Notes: a model not told the origin generated them from the sequence alone. 64,000 bases of DNA from Paraspadella gotoi (GCA_051294375.1 CM119270.1:6875279-6939278); one strand, 5' to 3'; numbered from the stretch's first letter, positions 39,750 through 50,360 are shown. Numbers and translations are program-made.

Positions 39750-42700
39750 TACATTATAATTAAAACCGATATAAAATGGCGTAAAATGCATCAAATGTTT
39801 AAAGTGAATACATTTTCGGAATCGGCTGGAGCTCAGCCTTCTGAATTTGTACTCCATTTTGGCCTATTTTGAAGTTGAATTGAATTACCCTTTTTCTTAA
39901 CAAAATTCAAAACCAAAATCCATCTACAATGAAATAAACTATAACTTTGCCAAAAACAGAAAAATAAACTAAATATGGAAATTTGGTGGTTGTTAAGTCA
40001 AGCAGCTTTAACCTTTTTGGTTATTATCATCGCCTGCTTCTACATTGATTACACTCGTCGTCTTCAACATTTCGCCGACAAATCTCGATGCTGTCATCGT
40101 CATTTGAAAGGGCGACGAGGGCGACCCCTCGAAGCCTTGGAAACGTTGGCTGAATTCAAGCAACGAAATGGCGCCACCTTGTTCTCCGTGACATTTTTCG
40201 TCAAGAGCAAACGGCCGCTGAAAGAGGAAGCGTTGCTGGCGGCATTGAAGAACATCGCCGCCGACAATCCAATGTTGAGAATGAAAATTAAGCGAAGCTC
40301 GGAGGATTTCTTGTATTTCGAAGAAATGGAATCCTTTCGTCCAAATGTGGAAATCATGGAGACTGACGATTGGAGAAGAGTTGTCGAAACTGACCTCACG
40401 AAACCTTTCAATTCATCAGTCGGCCCATTGTGGAGAGTCAAGATGCTTCGAGGCGGATGGAACGGACAAGAGCAGACACGCCCATTGATCATGACTTTTC
40501 ATCACGCGATCGTCGATGGAATTTCCGCCGTGAATATCGGCGATCGACTCATGGACGAATTGAGCGGAGAGAATCTGTCCGGATGGAGGACGCCATTTGC
40601 CGGAAAGTTGCCGCCGTCGTATGTCTCGTTTCTCGGCGAAAGATTAACGGACATTTCTCGGCTCTGGAAAATAATTATATACTTGACTTCGAAATTGTTT
40701 CAAGTTATAAACTTTTTTCCGAAAGAAAAGCCTTGTTCTTTCGTCGCTCGAGCAGCTTCGCCGAAACAAGTTGCATCGATATCCGCCGTCCGACAGACAA
40801 GCTTTATTCCCCTAAAATTGAACAAGGACGATTTCGACAAGCTGCTTGGTCAATGCCGTCGACATAACTGCAAACTGCAAGGAGCGTTGCAAGCCGTAGT
40901 GAGCCTGGCTCAAGTAGAGACTCTGCAACGTCTCAAAGTCGAAGGATCGAAGCTACCCGACCTGTTGAACATTCAAAGTCGGTACCCGGAATCCGCGCGC
41001 GAGATTGTCGAGCCAAACTTACCCTCATCGGTGATCGGATGTTACATAACCGGCCGCATGATGAGGAGAAACGTGGAATCCGACACCGAGAGACAGAGAG
41101 AAAATTTTTGGACTCTCGCCAAATCTATGAGCGACGAGATTCGGAGAAAAAAGCAAGAAACGCCCGTGGAATTTTTCTTAAAAAGATTGGAGTTTATTTT
41201 TCGCATCTTTCCTGGTTTCTTGGTTGAAAATATCCAACGCATCAACGAACGAACCTTCCTTCGCGAATCTATCAACTTGGATTTCGTCATCAGCAACTTT
41301 GGCAAGTTTCTCGACCGCGAAGACGAACGCGCCTTCGACATTTCCGCGGCGTATTCCGCCCACAACGCAACCTTCAGCGAGGTGTGCTTCTTGCACATGA
41401 TTCTTTCCCTGCGCGGTCAACTGTTTTGGTCGATTAATTTTTCGGAGGTCGTGATTTCGGCGGAAGAAGGGAGAGTTAACGCTCGATGCTTGGAGGAGGT
41501 TTTGAGAGACGTTGTGAATGGGAGGATCTGAAAGACGTGAAAATGACTGGAATGAAAACTTTGCTTTTTTACTTAAATGAAAACAAAGTTTAATATGAAT
41601 CAAAACTGCTTAAGTTTTTTTAATTTACTAGTATAATAGTTTATAGAATTTCACACCTTTGGCTTCTCTTGTTTTTTTGGGAATATTTTTAAACGAATAA
41701 AAAAAATTTTCTCTTTTTTTTTTTAATTTTAAAACTGTTTGCTCATATTTTAGTTATTATCAACGATAAAATATAAAAATAAGGTTAGGGTGACCCAAAT
41801 AAAAAAAACCTTCTTAATTGCAACTATATTGTATGACCTTTTTTTTAGTCTTATTCTGACAAAATGTCGTTCCATATTAAACAATGACAACCATGCCCCG
41901 TCCTCAAGGCATTCCCGCATGGAGAACTTGCTTCTCAACCTCCGCCACAACGACAAACTCGACGACAACACATTTCCCTTCGTCTGGGAGAAGAAGCGCG
42001 TGACCGGAGTGCCATGCTGCCTCAAGGGCATGGAGACATTCCCGGAGGTCGTCGCCACCGGCGGGCACAAGAAGTGACCGCTGGGGAATGTTTATGATTA
42101 AAGGAGGTGCTTTCATGACAAAAAAAAAGTACAATGTCAGTACGTTCGTTCGAGATTTCAATTTTCGGATTAAACATTTGTACTAATATTACATATACTT
42201 ATGTACTTAAAGCAACTGCGTTTTTTTTTTTTTGTTAACGAATATAGTGCATTAGACTTACGTAATGTTTTGTTCAAACCAGACGTAATTCCCCTATTTG
42301 GCTATGAACCGTTTATTACTTAAATAGTTATTAACCCCGGAACCAACTAAAACTCCCAAGTATGACAGAGTACAATAGATACAGTAAGACTGTAACGAGC
42401 AGCTAAAAATATTTTTAAAAAAAATATTCAATCATACTTAAGAATAAAACAACAACAGCATTGCCTAAAAGTTTCGACATTACCACTCGTCGTGCTGGTT
42501 GACCTTGGCTCCGGCCTTTAAGAGAATGTCGACGATCCTTTCCAGTCCGTCTTTAGAGGCGAAGCAGAGAGGCGTCCGTCCCGTGATCTCGGATCCTGGG
42601 ATGTAGGGGCCTGAGGAGTCAAATCAAATGATGGATACAAATGGTTTGAGATGATTTTATTTAAATCGGATGCAAATGGATTAACTGGATATGGATAACC

Positions 42701-43472
42701 CGGATGATTGACGTGAAACAAAATAGTATAAATTTTAAATCTATGGGATTTGAACTGTGAATAAAATTTAATTGAAATGATTGAAGAGACAGTAATAATT
42801 GTTATGTGTTAGTGACAGAACCGTTCAATATAAGCAGTCCCTGAGCTTCGGATCAGACTGTAACACCGTGTTATAGGCGGGTTAAGTCCTTATAGCAGTC
42901 CTTCTTAACTGCAAGGCGACCACGGGGCTAGAACCCCAGACCTTTGGGTTGGGAGGCGAATGACTTGCCTCCGGCACCAATGGCCGCTGATTATGGTCCA
43001 CCATATCATATATATTTTCAGACTGACTCACCCGCAATTTCCTCTAAAACTTACCCTTCTTCGACTTATCCTTCGTCAAATTGACTCGACCGAATTTACT
43101 GTAAAACTTGTCCACGTAATTGACGTCGGCTCCAGCGTCCACGAGCCTTTGGACGCCATCGACGTCGTTGTTGGAGATGAAATGCAGCAAATCTTGCTGC
43201 AGGTATTGCTGCGATACGTCTTTGGGAACCTCGAGCTGCAGATTATTCGGCGATAAATGATGGTTTTGCAGCAAGTTTTGTGGCGATTCAAGGTTCGGGA
43301 GCTCTGGATCCGGGTGATCTTGCTGCAAGACAGGAAACGTCTCATCTTCTTCCAGAAACAGAATGTTTTGTAGATTTAACGGAGGAGGGGGAGGAGGAGC
43401 AGCGGGAGGGGGAGCTGGAGCAGGAGGAGCAGCAGGAGTAGGAACTGAGGTAATAGAATCAGGTTCTTCCAT
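30360..43472 (-). CDS. Multi-exon ankyrin-repeat protein (~617 aa as modelled; probably ankyrin repeat and SOCS box, ASB-like)
   Basis: Phase-consistent GT-AG exons read by hand: 43472-43055, 42610-42484, 35603-35433, 34473-34367, 34059-33986, 33689-33560, 32534-32401, 32114-32000, 31690-31571, 31048-30846, 30612-30360. The spliced translation gives successive ankyrin repeats: GVQRLVDAGADVN, GRTPLCFASKDGLERIVDILLKAGAKVN, TYPLHEAVQGGH, QTPLHYAARAG, GMTPLHLS, GQTPLHYAV, LLDAGANVDAVDKDGETPLTFALRAGH, ETALYKAVESSNFDIVAFLLKSGCDVD, FTPLHLAA. Exons 10 and 11 each need a 1-nt correction. The 3' end is uncertain. Confidence 0.9.
31062..31400. repeat. (TTTA)n low-complexity intronic repeat
   Basis: Visible directly. 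Confidence 0.9.
32672..32760. repeat. (GAAAA)n microsatellite
   Basis: Visible directly. Confidence 0.9.
33320..33514. repeat. (ATTTAT/ATTT)n intronic repeat
   Basis: Visible directly. Confidence 0.9.
34225..34366. repeat. ~29-30 bp minisatellite (CCGCCACCTCCAATCAAATCACTAATCA), ~5 units; ~9-10 units in the copy at 14065-14345
   Basis: Tandem units directly visible. Confidence 0.85.
35636..35727. repeat. (GAAT)n microsatellite
   Basis: Visible directly. Confidence 0.95.
36306..42077 (+). CDS. TEX47: BLUF-fold TEX47/DYBLUP/MOT7-like protein (600 aa, 6 exons), nested in intron 2 of the ankyrin gene
   Basis: Exons 36306-36547, 37008-37511, 37592-37817, 38286-38776, 39064-39234 and 41909-42077 join in phase (1803 nt, ATG to TGA, no internal stop). 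Motifs KQVISRLVILATI, LTGTCLVYPQLVLFVVES, IRLVHLCNNSKGRCFPGWG and C-terminal FVWE match, in order, the BLUF-like TEX47 family pattern as I recall it (RLxx..TGxLLxYP..xxES..RxFxxW). Confidence 0.72.
36570..36890. repeat. ~58-60 bp purine/G-rich minisatellite, ~5 units, in intron 1 of the TEX47-like gene
   Basis: Recurring GGCGGGCAAAGGGTGCAAAAGCGGGCATAGGGCCAAAAGACG; noisy copy at 16570-16890. Confidence 0.85.
39654..39750. repeat. (AAAAT)n-(AAT)n microsatellite
   Basis: Visible directly; absent from the duplicate copy. Confidence 0.95.
39975..41531 (+). CDS. Intronless condensation-domain / alcohol-acetyltransferase-like CoA-dependent acyltransferase (518 aa) with N-terminal membrane anchor
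   Basis: Single clean ORF with the catalytic HHxxxDG motif (MTFHHAIVDGIS), preceded by PFNSSVGPLWRV and an N-terminal RPLEALE motif, with a late ISNFGKF motif. Residues ~4-24 are hydrophobic. AATAAA occurs downstream at ~41696. Confidence 0.88.
   Translation: MEIWWLLSQAALTFLVIIIACFYIDYTRRLQHFADKSRCCHRHLKGRRGRPLEALETLAEFKQRNGATLFSVTFFVKSKRPLKEEALLAALKNIAADNPMLRMKIKRSSEDFLYFEEMESFRPNVEIMETDDWRRVVETDLTKPFNSSVGPLWRVKMLRGGWNGQEQTRPLIMTFHHAIVDGISAVNIGDRLMDELSGENLSGWRTPFAGKLPPSYVSFLGERLTDISRLWKIIIYLTSKLFQVINFFPKEKPCSFVARAASPKQVASISAVRQTSFIPLKLNKDDFDKLLGQCRRHNCKLQGALQAVVSLAQVETLQRLKVEGSKLPDLLNIQSRYPESAREIVEPNLPSSVIGCYITGRMMRRNVESDTERQRENFWTLAKSMSDEIRRKKQETPVEFFLKRLEFIFRIFPGFLVENIQRINERTFLRESINLDFVISNFGKFLDREDERAFDISAAYSAHNATFSEVCFLHMILSLRGQLFWSINFSEVVISAEEGRVNARCLEEVLRDVVNGRI
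42790..42987 (-). mobile_element. tRNA-derived SINE-like element (pseudo-tRNA head 42987-42915) in ankyrin intron 1
   Basis: 73-nt head with a paired acceptor stem (GCGGCCA/TGGTCGC), A-box-like TGGTGCCGGAGG and T-arm GGGGTTCTAGCCCC (B-box-like). The anticodon stem is unpaired. A ~120-nt body and short A-rich end follow. Confidence 0.55.
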
Positions 43473-44494
43473 TTTGTCACCAAGTTTTCATAGAATTATC
43501 ACCGTTTCTAAGAATGTAAAAAATGATCCGTTTATCACAAAGAGACGTAAGCATTTACAGGGTTGTGAAAGTAAATCGAGACGCATAATAATTAGAGCAA
43601 ATTAAACAAATTTAATTTCGTCAGTAGAAATAAGAATATTTAATTTGCTCCGGGCATAAAAAGAACGAAATTATTCTGAAATTACATTCAGAGATCGAAA
43701 CAACTTGGCTTCCTACTTAGGTCTGACAAAAGAACATTCTGACATTTAGTTCCGACATCTATGACTATAAAAAGATTCAGATTGTCAAAATTATAATGGC
43801 CCAAATCTTTTTTATGTGTCGCATGTTGGTGTCCAGTTTGTCTCGATTTACGATTTCACTCCTGCCGAGTAAAAAGCAAATTGCCATACGAAATGTTGTC
43901 CACAAATTATTTTAAAAAAGCGGAAAAAAAATAAAAAATAATCTGTTAAGAATTAACGACAAAAAAATTTGAATATGTTTATCAGTCAGCAAAGCCGCGT
44001 CGTTTTAAGCCGAAATATTACAACATCCATGTAGTATTAGTTAGTTAAATTCAATGTATGTAACGTTTGAATAGTCATAAATAACGATAATTTCTCCCTG
44101 TTGCAAAAATTTACGAAAAATGTACATGGAATTAGGACGTACATCGAATTAGCGTCATCGTTAATATCACAGAATCAGTCAATCAATCATTCAGGCGAGG
44201 TACAACTTACGACGCACGAATTGATTTTAAAAAATATTTTTACTACGAATTTCAGTGATATCTCCTAGTTACTTTTTTTGCTTCTACCAATTAACTCCCT
44301 GTTTTTTTTTCCTTATCATAACCTCCTTTTTCCCTTCCAGAAAAAAAAAAATTTTCCCTTCCATTCATTGCACCATTCGAATTTTTTTCCCGCCTTGTCC
44401 TTTATTTCTTTCAACTCCTTTCTTACCTTTGCCTTTCCTTTATTCCGACTTCCTCGTTTCCAATCATCATTCTACCTCCTTTCGCCATCAAACA

Positions 44495-44526
44495 CTCTCT
44501 TCTCTCTCTCTCTCTCTCTCTCTCTG

Positions 44527-44618
<92 letters not shown>
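44495..44618. repeat. (CT)n microsatellite (one of many CT/GA tracts in the window)
   Basis: Visible directly. Confidence 0.95.
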
Positions 44619-44621
<3 letters not shown>

Positions 44622-45257
44622 TCACTTTCCACTTAATCTCTCTCGTTCTCTTCTTCCCTTCTTTTCTTCCCCCGTCATCTTTCCGCACTTCGCCTTCTCA
44701 CCTTTGTCATTGTCATTCTCAATGCCTTGCCTCATTAGTCGCTCTCCTCTTTCGTCGTATGTCATTTCCTGGCCCCGACTTCTTTTGCTCCCCCCTCCTT
44801 TCTTTTTTTTCTTTTGTGAACCCATGATTGTTCTCTTTAATCTTTTTTCATTGCATTGTACCGAAGAGAAAATGTATTTTATTGGTTTCCTAGTTTTTTT
44901 CTTCTTTTTTTTTCCTCCGCAACATTTTTTTCCCTCTTTTCTTTGTTTCCCCATATTTATCTCCTTCGTGATGAATGTGCGAAGTTTTCCTTTTATTTTC
45001 GATTCTGTTCTTCCCTCTTCTCTCTCTCTCTCTCCTCTAACCCCCTCTCTCAAAAACCTCCCCTTTACCCTCCTCTTCCCATTCCTTCCTCGAGACTCAC
45101 CACCGCCTCTCTCTCTCAACGACCCTTCAAACTTCATACCTCATAGCGCTCAATGTCCGTGCGGCATAAACAAAACTATCTCCCTCCATTTTTCCCCTTC
45201 TTTCCTTTCCTCCCCCTCTTCCTCCCTTCCTCTCCACCTCTTCCTCCTCTCCTCTCT

Positions 45258-48200
45258 TCATCTCCCATAGTGCTTGGTGTCGAGCAAGCAAGGCAACGTC
45301 TCCTGCATAATCGAGTGATGAACGACGAGCGAATCGAGAGACGGGAATTCTTTGTCGAGGCCGTGAATCCGATAAAAGAATTCCGGGCCGCTTGCGCCGC
45401 CGCTTCCGCCGCTTCCTCCGCCGCCGCCGCCACCCACGCTCTCCCCCGGGCGCCACGGCGGCTGGCTCCTCGTAAAAGCCTTTCCCCGCGGCGACCGTAA
45501 ATTTCTGTCCAAAAAACCGCCGTCCTCCGAAGCGTCGTCGTCGTTGTCGTCGTTGGACTCCTCCCTCGCCGTCTGGAGAAAGCGTCTCGTCTCACCCAAC
45601 CCTCCTCCTCCTCCTCCTCCTCCTCCTCCCTCTCTCTCCGCGTCCAACGAGAAGCGTCGAGTGTTAGGACGAGAGAGAGGAAGCGGGGGAGGGAGAGGAT
45701 TGGAGAGAGGGAGAGGGGGAGGAAGGGGAGGAGGAAGAGGACGAGAGGAAGGGCGAAGGTGATGGTGAGAGCGAAAGTGGAATTGCGGAGGGTGAGTCGT
45801 TTCGGCGGCGGAGACGCGCTCCACGAGGTAGTGACTCACGCCCGAAGGATTCACGTATCTGGGGGAGGAAGAGGGGGAAGGTGGGAAGAAAAGAAGAGAG
45901 GGGGAGAGGAGGTAAAGGGGGGAAAGGGGGTGAATAAGAGGGGGAGAGGGAGGAGAGAAAAGAAGAGAGGGGGAGAGTAAAGGAGGGAAAGGGGGTGAAT
46001 AAAGAGGGGAGAGGGAGGAGAGAAAAGGAGAGATGGAAAGAGTAAAGGGAAGACAGGGAAGGGACGTCAAAAATCTTAACGATGTTGTTTAAATCTTAAC
46101 GGTCGAATTTATGAATTTATTTACTAATAAACTTTTTTATTACTGCTTGGTTTAAATAAAGTTTTCGGTTTTTACGAAAAAAAGTGATAAGCGTTCGGAT
46201 CGATGGACAAAAACTGAGACTTTGAAAAGAAAACCAGGCAAAGAAACAGACAGACGAACGGACACTAAATGTAACGATGATTATAGTATTTGTTTACATC
46301 AATAATCTTAACGGAGTTGGAACATCGACACTTTGGAAAACGATACTACGATGATGTTAATCGAATGTGTAAACGATCGACGTAAATAAAAACAATGTAG
46401 TCGCGCTTTCTAACGTTACTATCATCACATCGATAACGATGACTGCGACAATATCATCACAACAACAACACCATATTAATAGCAACAAAAAAAAACACCC
46501 ACAATCGCAATGATGACGAGGATAACAACACAAAATAACAACGACGACAACGACAACAACAATAACAACAACAACAAAGATCCAACCTGGGCACCCTGAC
46601 CGACAAGGCGAAACTGCCCTTCAGCGTCGTCGAATCTCTTACGACGAAGAAGCCGACGTCGTGCTCCTTGAGAACCGACAAAGCGGTTTGTCGGCTCATG
46701 GCCCCTTTGTACCAGGGATGGGAGGCGAGGTCTTCCGCAGGGGGAGCGGGTGGGCGGAGGTGGTTGATGTGGGGATGCGTTGGCTGGAGGCGGGGTGGAT
46801 TTAGAGAGGGGCGGAGGTGAAAAGGGTGAAGTGGGAATTTCTAGTACGATTAGTAGTTCGTACCATCTTTTTTTCTGTTGTTAATGAAACCGAGATTAAA
46901 ATTAAATTTCAAAATATAAAAATAAATGGAAAAACAAGATGTTATAATAAAATTAAAGATAACTTTAAATTGCACTTTTATAAATATACAATTGATTGAA
47001 GATAAAAAAAGCTTCTAAATTTATCACCTTTTTCTTCGCTTTTAATCGAAAGTTTATCTTCGACGCCATCTTTTCCTCCTCCTCCTCCTCCTCCTCCTCC
47101 TCCACTCCTCCTCCTCCTTTCCTTCAACGACCTCCTCATCCTCTCCAGCGGATTCGACGAGTCGCTCCGACGTCTCCACGCTTTCTGCGCCTCCTCGTCA
47201 AATTCGACGATTCCGTTGCCATCGTTGCTGTTGTTACAGTCGTTACTGTCGTTGCTGTTGTTGCAGTTGTTGCTGTTCCCTGAATTATTGTTTACATTCT
47301 GGAATCTTTCTTGGAAATCAACGACCAAAGTCGCCGTAGCCGTCGTCGTCGTCGTCGTCGTCGTCGACCCCTGTCCCCCCTCAAATATTCGCCCCCCGGG
47401 GTCAGAGATCGTCGGGGCCGATGACCGCGCGTGCCCGCAAGGCTGGACCGCCTCCGACAGCTGAGAAGGAGTCTTTAACGGAGCCCAGAAGGCCTGTTCC
47501 ACGGGCGAGGGATACATCGGGCCCGTGACCCCGAGGGGCTGAAGATTTTGATGGATCGAAGCGGGGAGAAGGTTAGAGTGGTGGCCGTGGTGGTTGTGGA
47601 GATGATGGTGGTGTGGATAAAGATGTGGGTGACTGTTCGAAGTCTGTGGTTGCGGCTTCGCCGTCGGCGACGACGCCGTCTGCATCTCAGCTCGGTGAAG
47701 ATTGTTCGGCGGGTGTGAGTGGTGATTAGGATTGGTGAACTGGTGATTAATGTCGCGAAGAGGGTGATTGATTTCGACGTTATTTTGTGGCTGGTTAATC
47801 GTGTGGTGTGGTTGGTGAATGAGATTAAGAGGCCTATGATCTGGCAGTTGGTGATTTTTTGGCATGTGATGATGAGACGATGGTTGGCGATCGAAGGTGA
47901 GTCGATCCGGTCTCAGCAGCCGCAGGGGAATCGCGGCGGAGGTCGGAGGCTGCGGAACCTGCGGCGGAAAAATCTGCGGTGACTGCGTCGTGGAAGCCTC
48001 GGGTAGGGAACCAGGTAAGGCAGAGGGTAAGTCCGTCTCCTGAGAAGAGGATTCGATTCGACGATGATGCCGATGATCGTGACGACGATGATGTCGCCGC
48101 CTTTGCTGCTGTTGCTGCGGCTCCTGTTGCAGCAATTGAGTCCGCTCCTGTTGCTGCCGTCTGTTTCCTTCGCCTCCTCGCGTCGCTTCCGCTGCTGCAG

Positions 48201-48785
48201 CCGCTGCGCCGACCAGCGCCGGACGGACAGAGTAAGGCGGCGGCGCCTCGTCGTCGTCGTCGTCGTCGCCGCTTCCTGTCGGAGTTCGAAGCCAAACTTC
48301 GTCGACGAAGAAAGAACGAAAGGACGGCGTCGCGTTGTTGTTGTTGTTTTGAGTTCGGACGGATCTATTGACGACGGAATTCCCCGTCAAAGGTTCGAGA
48401 ACGTCGTCGTCGTTTTCGTCGTCGTTATCGTCGTCTTCGTTTCGTCCTCCTTCGACCGTCGACGACAAAGTCTCCAACGAAGTCGATCGTCGATCTTCCT
48501 CCACGATTTGGACGCCGGACGACGCTGACGACGCCGACGACGCCGCTGCTACCGACCTCGGCGCCGCCGAAGATGACGCTGACGTCGGCGCCGGAAATTT
48601 TAAGGACGCCGGCGGACAAACTGGCGTTGTCGTCGGGGGGCAGAGCGCCGGTGAAGAGAGAGCCGGGACGCCGCGAAAACCGGTGACGTCGTCGTCGTCA
48701 TCGTCGACGGCGGCGTTGACGATGGCGCCGAAATTCGTCGCCGTCGTCGTCGTCGATTTCGTCGGCGTCAGATAATTGGAACTGC
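45258..48785 (-). CDS. SH2-domain adaptor protein (tensin-like / EGFRAP-PVRAP-type SH2) with long disordered N-terminus; 5' end unresolved
   Basis: Exons ~48785-47028 (open, low complexity), 46783-46587 (HPWYKGAMSRQTALSVLKEHDVGFFVVRDSTTLKGSFALSVRVP) and 45858-45258 (YVNPSGVSHYLVE...YRIHGLDKEFPSLDSLVVHHSIMQETLPCLL, stop). The FVVRDS phosphotyrosine-binding Arg motif is intact. The junction at 47028/46783 is off by 1 nt within an A-run. Confidence 0.85.
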
Positions 48786-49821
48786 CTTGGGAGGAGGAAG
48801 AGGAGGAGGAGTCTTGGAGGCGGGAGGAGAGGAAAGACTGGGAGGGAGAGAGGGAGAGAGAGAGAGGGAGAGAGAGAGATAGAGAGAGAGAGAGGGAAAG
48901 AGGGAGAGAGAGACAGGGAGAGAGAGACAGGGAGAAAGGGAGAGGGAGAGAAGGACGAAAGGAAATTATTTGAAAATCATTTAATTTTTAGGTATGATAT
49001 GAAAGTTTAAACGCGAGGAAGAGAAATAAAAAAAGATTAAATTTTAAAAAATTCTTAACTCTTTTTTTTACAACCTATTTAACTGTCTCTTATTCTCTCA
49101 GGAATTCTTCGAATAAATAGTTTGATAAATTATCATTTGATTTGCTTTTTATGTCTATTTTTATCTCACGTTTGTTCGACTTTGAACTCAGAAATTTTGG
49201 TTTTTAAAATTTTTTGATTCTTAAAAAAGTTGGGGAAAAACGATGAAAATATATTTTTCTTTTTATTTGAGTCTTTTTTTTTTCATTCCCTCGATCTTAT
49301 ATCATTATTCTCGATCAGATTCCGGAGTGGATGATCCGTTATTCTGTTTTGTTTATTTTTATTTTTTTTATGCTGATCAGATCCGCAGTGGATGAGCCTT
49401 ACCTTATCCGGGCGGAGAAAAGAAAGAGACTCACCTGCAGACTACGTTTGAGACGAAATAACTGCCATCGGATCTCAAAGAGAGAATTCGCCCCGAGCCC
49501 AGTTTTTATTTTCTTTTTTTTTTTGTTTCACGGTTTAAGTTAAGTTTATTTTTTTTCTTTTGTCTTTTTCATATTTAGTTTTATTTTTTTCTTCTTAGTT
49601 TTCCATTTTCACTTTCTTTTTTTTTAAAGTCAGCCGTTCAGTGAATTCGCAACGTTCGAGTCACGGTGAAGGCAGATTTCCACCTCATTCTTCTCCAAGG
49701 TCTTTCACTTAATCCCTTCCGCGGCTAATGTTCGATTCACACAAACGTGAAACAGAAAATGAATCTTTACAGTTGTTCCTTGTTTAACGACAAACTGTTG
49801 AAAGTTTCGTGTAGTTGTCCT

Positions 49822-50329
49822 AGGAATAAAAAAAATTTAAATATGTGAGTATCGTTGAAAGATAATCAGCCAATACGTGATATCCACTGAGCCGATGTTT
49901 CAATAAAAAACCACTACTTTGAGGTTTTTCTATTCATATCAAATTATGATACAGTTGAATAAAGATAGAAACATAATGACAATGAAAAAAAAAAAGTTTT
50001 TAATGTTTTAATATTTCTAAAATTAGTATCCCTTCACGATACGAATATTAATCAACTAGATTAACATCACAAGACGGCGAACTACGGGACTACTATAGCA
50101 TCATCTTATCCGAAAACGCGACAACCCGATACTCGACTCCCTACCCATTCATTTAACGTTACATTTGACGGTGAAACATCACAAAAGCATCATTTCACCG
50201 CCGAACAAAACAACATCACTTTTCTGCATCAAAAAAGTCAGTTTTTTTTCGCGTTTGTTTTCAGAATGAAAGAAAATCGAGTCTAACTTCTCTTGGTTGT
50301 CGGTGCCAAGGGGCCAAAGTGGAAAAGAA

Positions 50330-50360
<31 letters not shown>

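Noticed and set aside
42915-42987. Functional tRNA gene
   Set aside because: Anticodon and D stems do not pair, the T-loop is TTCTAG rather than TTCGA, and no T-run terminator follows; treated as a SINE head.
44255-45270. 330-aa and 190-aa Phe/Ser/Leu-rich ORFs
   Set aside because: Pyrimidine-rich and (CT)n sequence lacking stops by composition; antisense to the region downstream of the SH2 gene.
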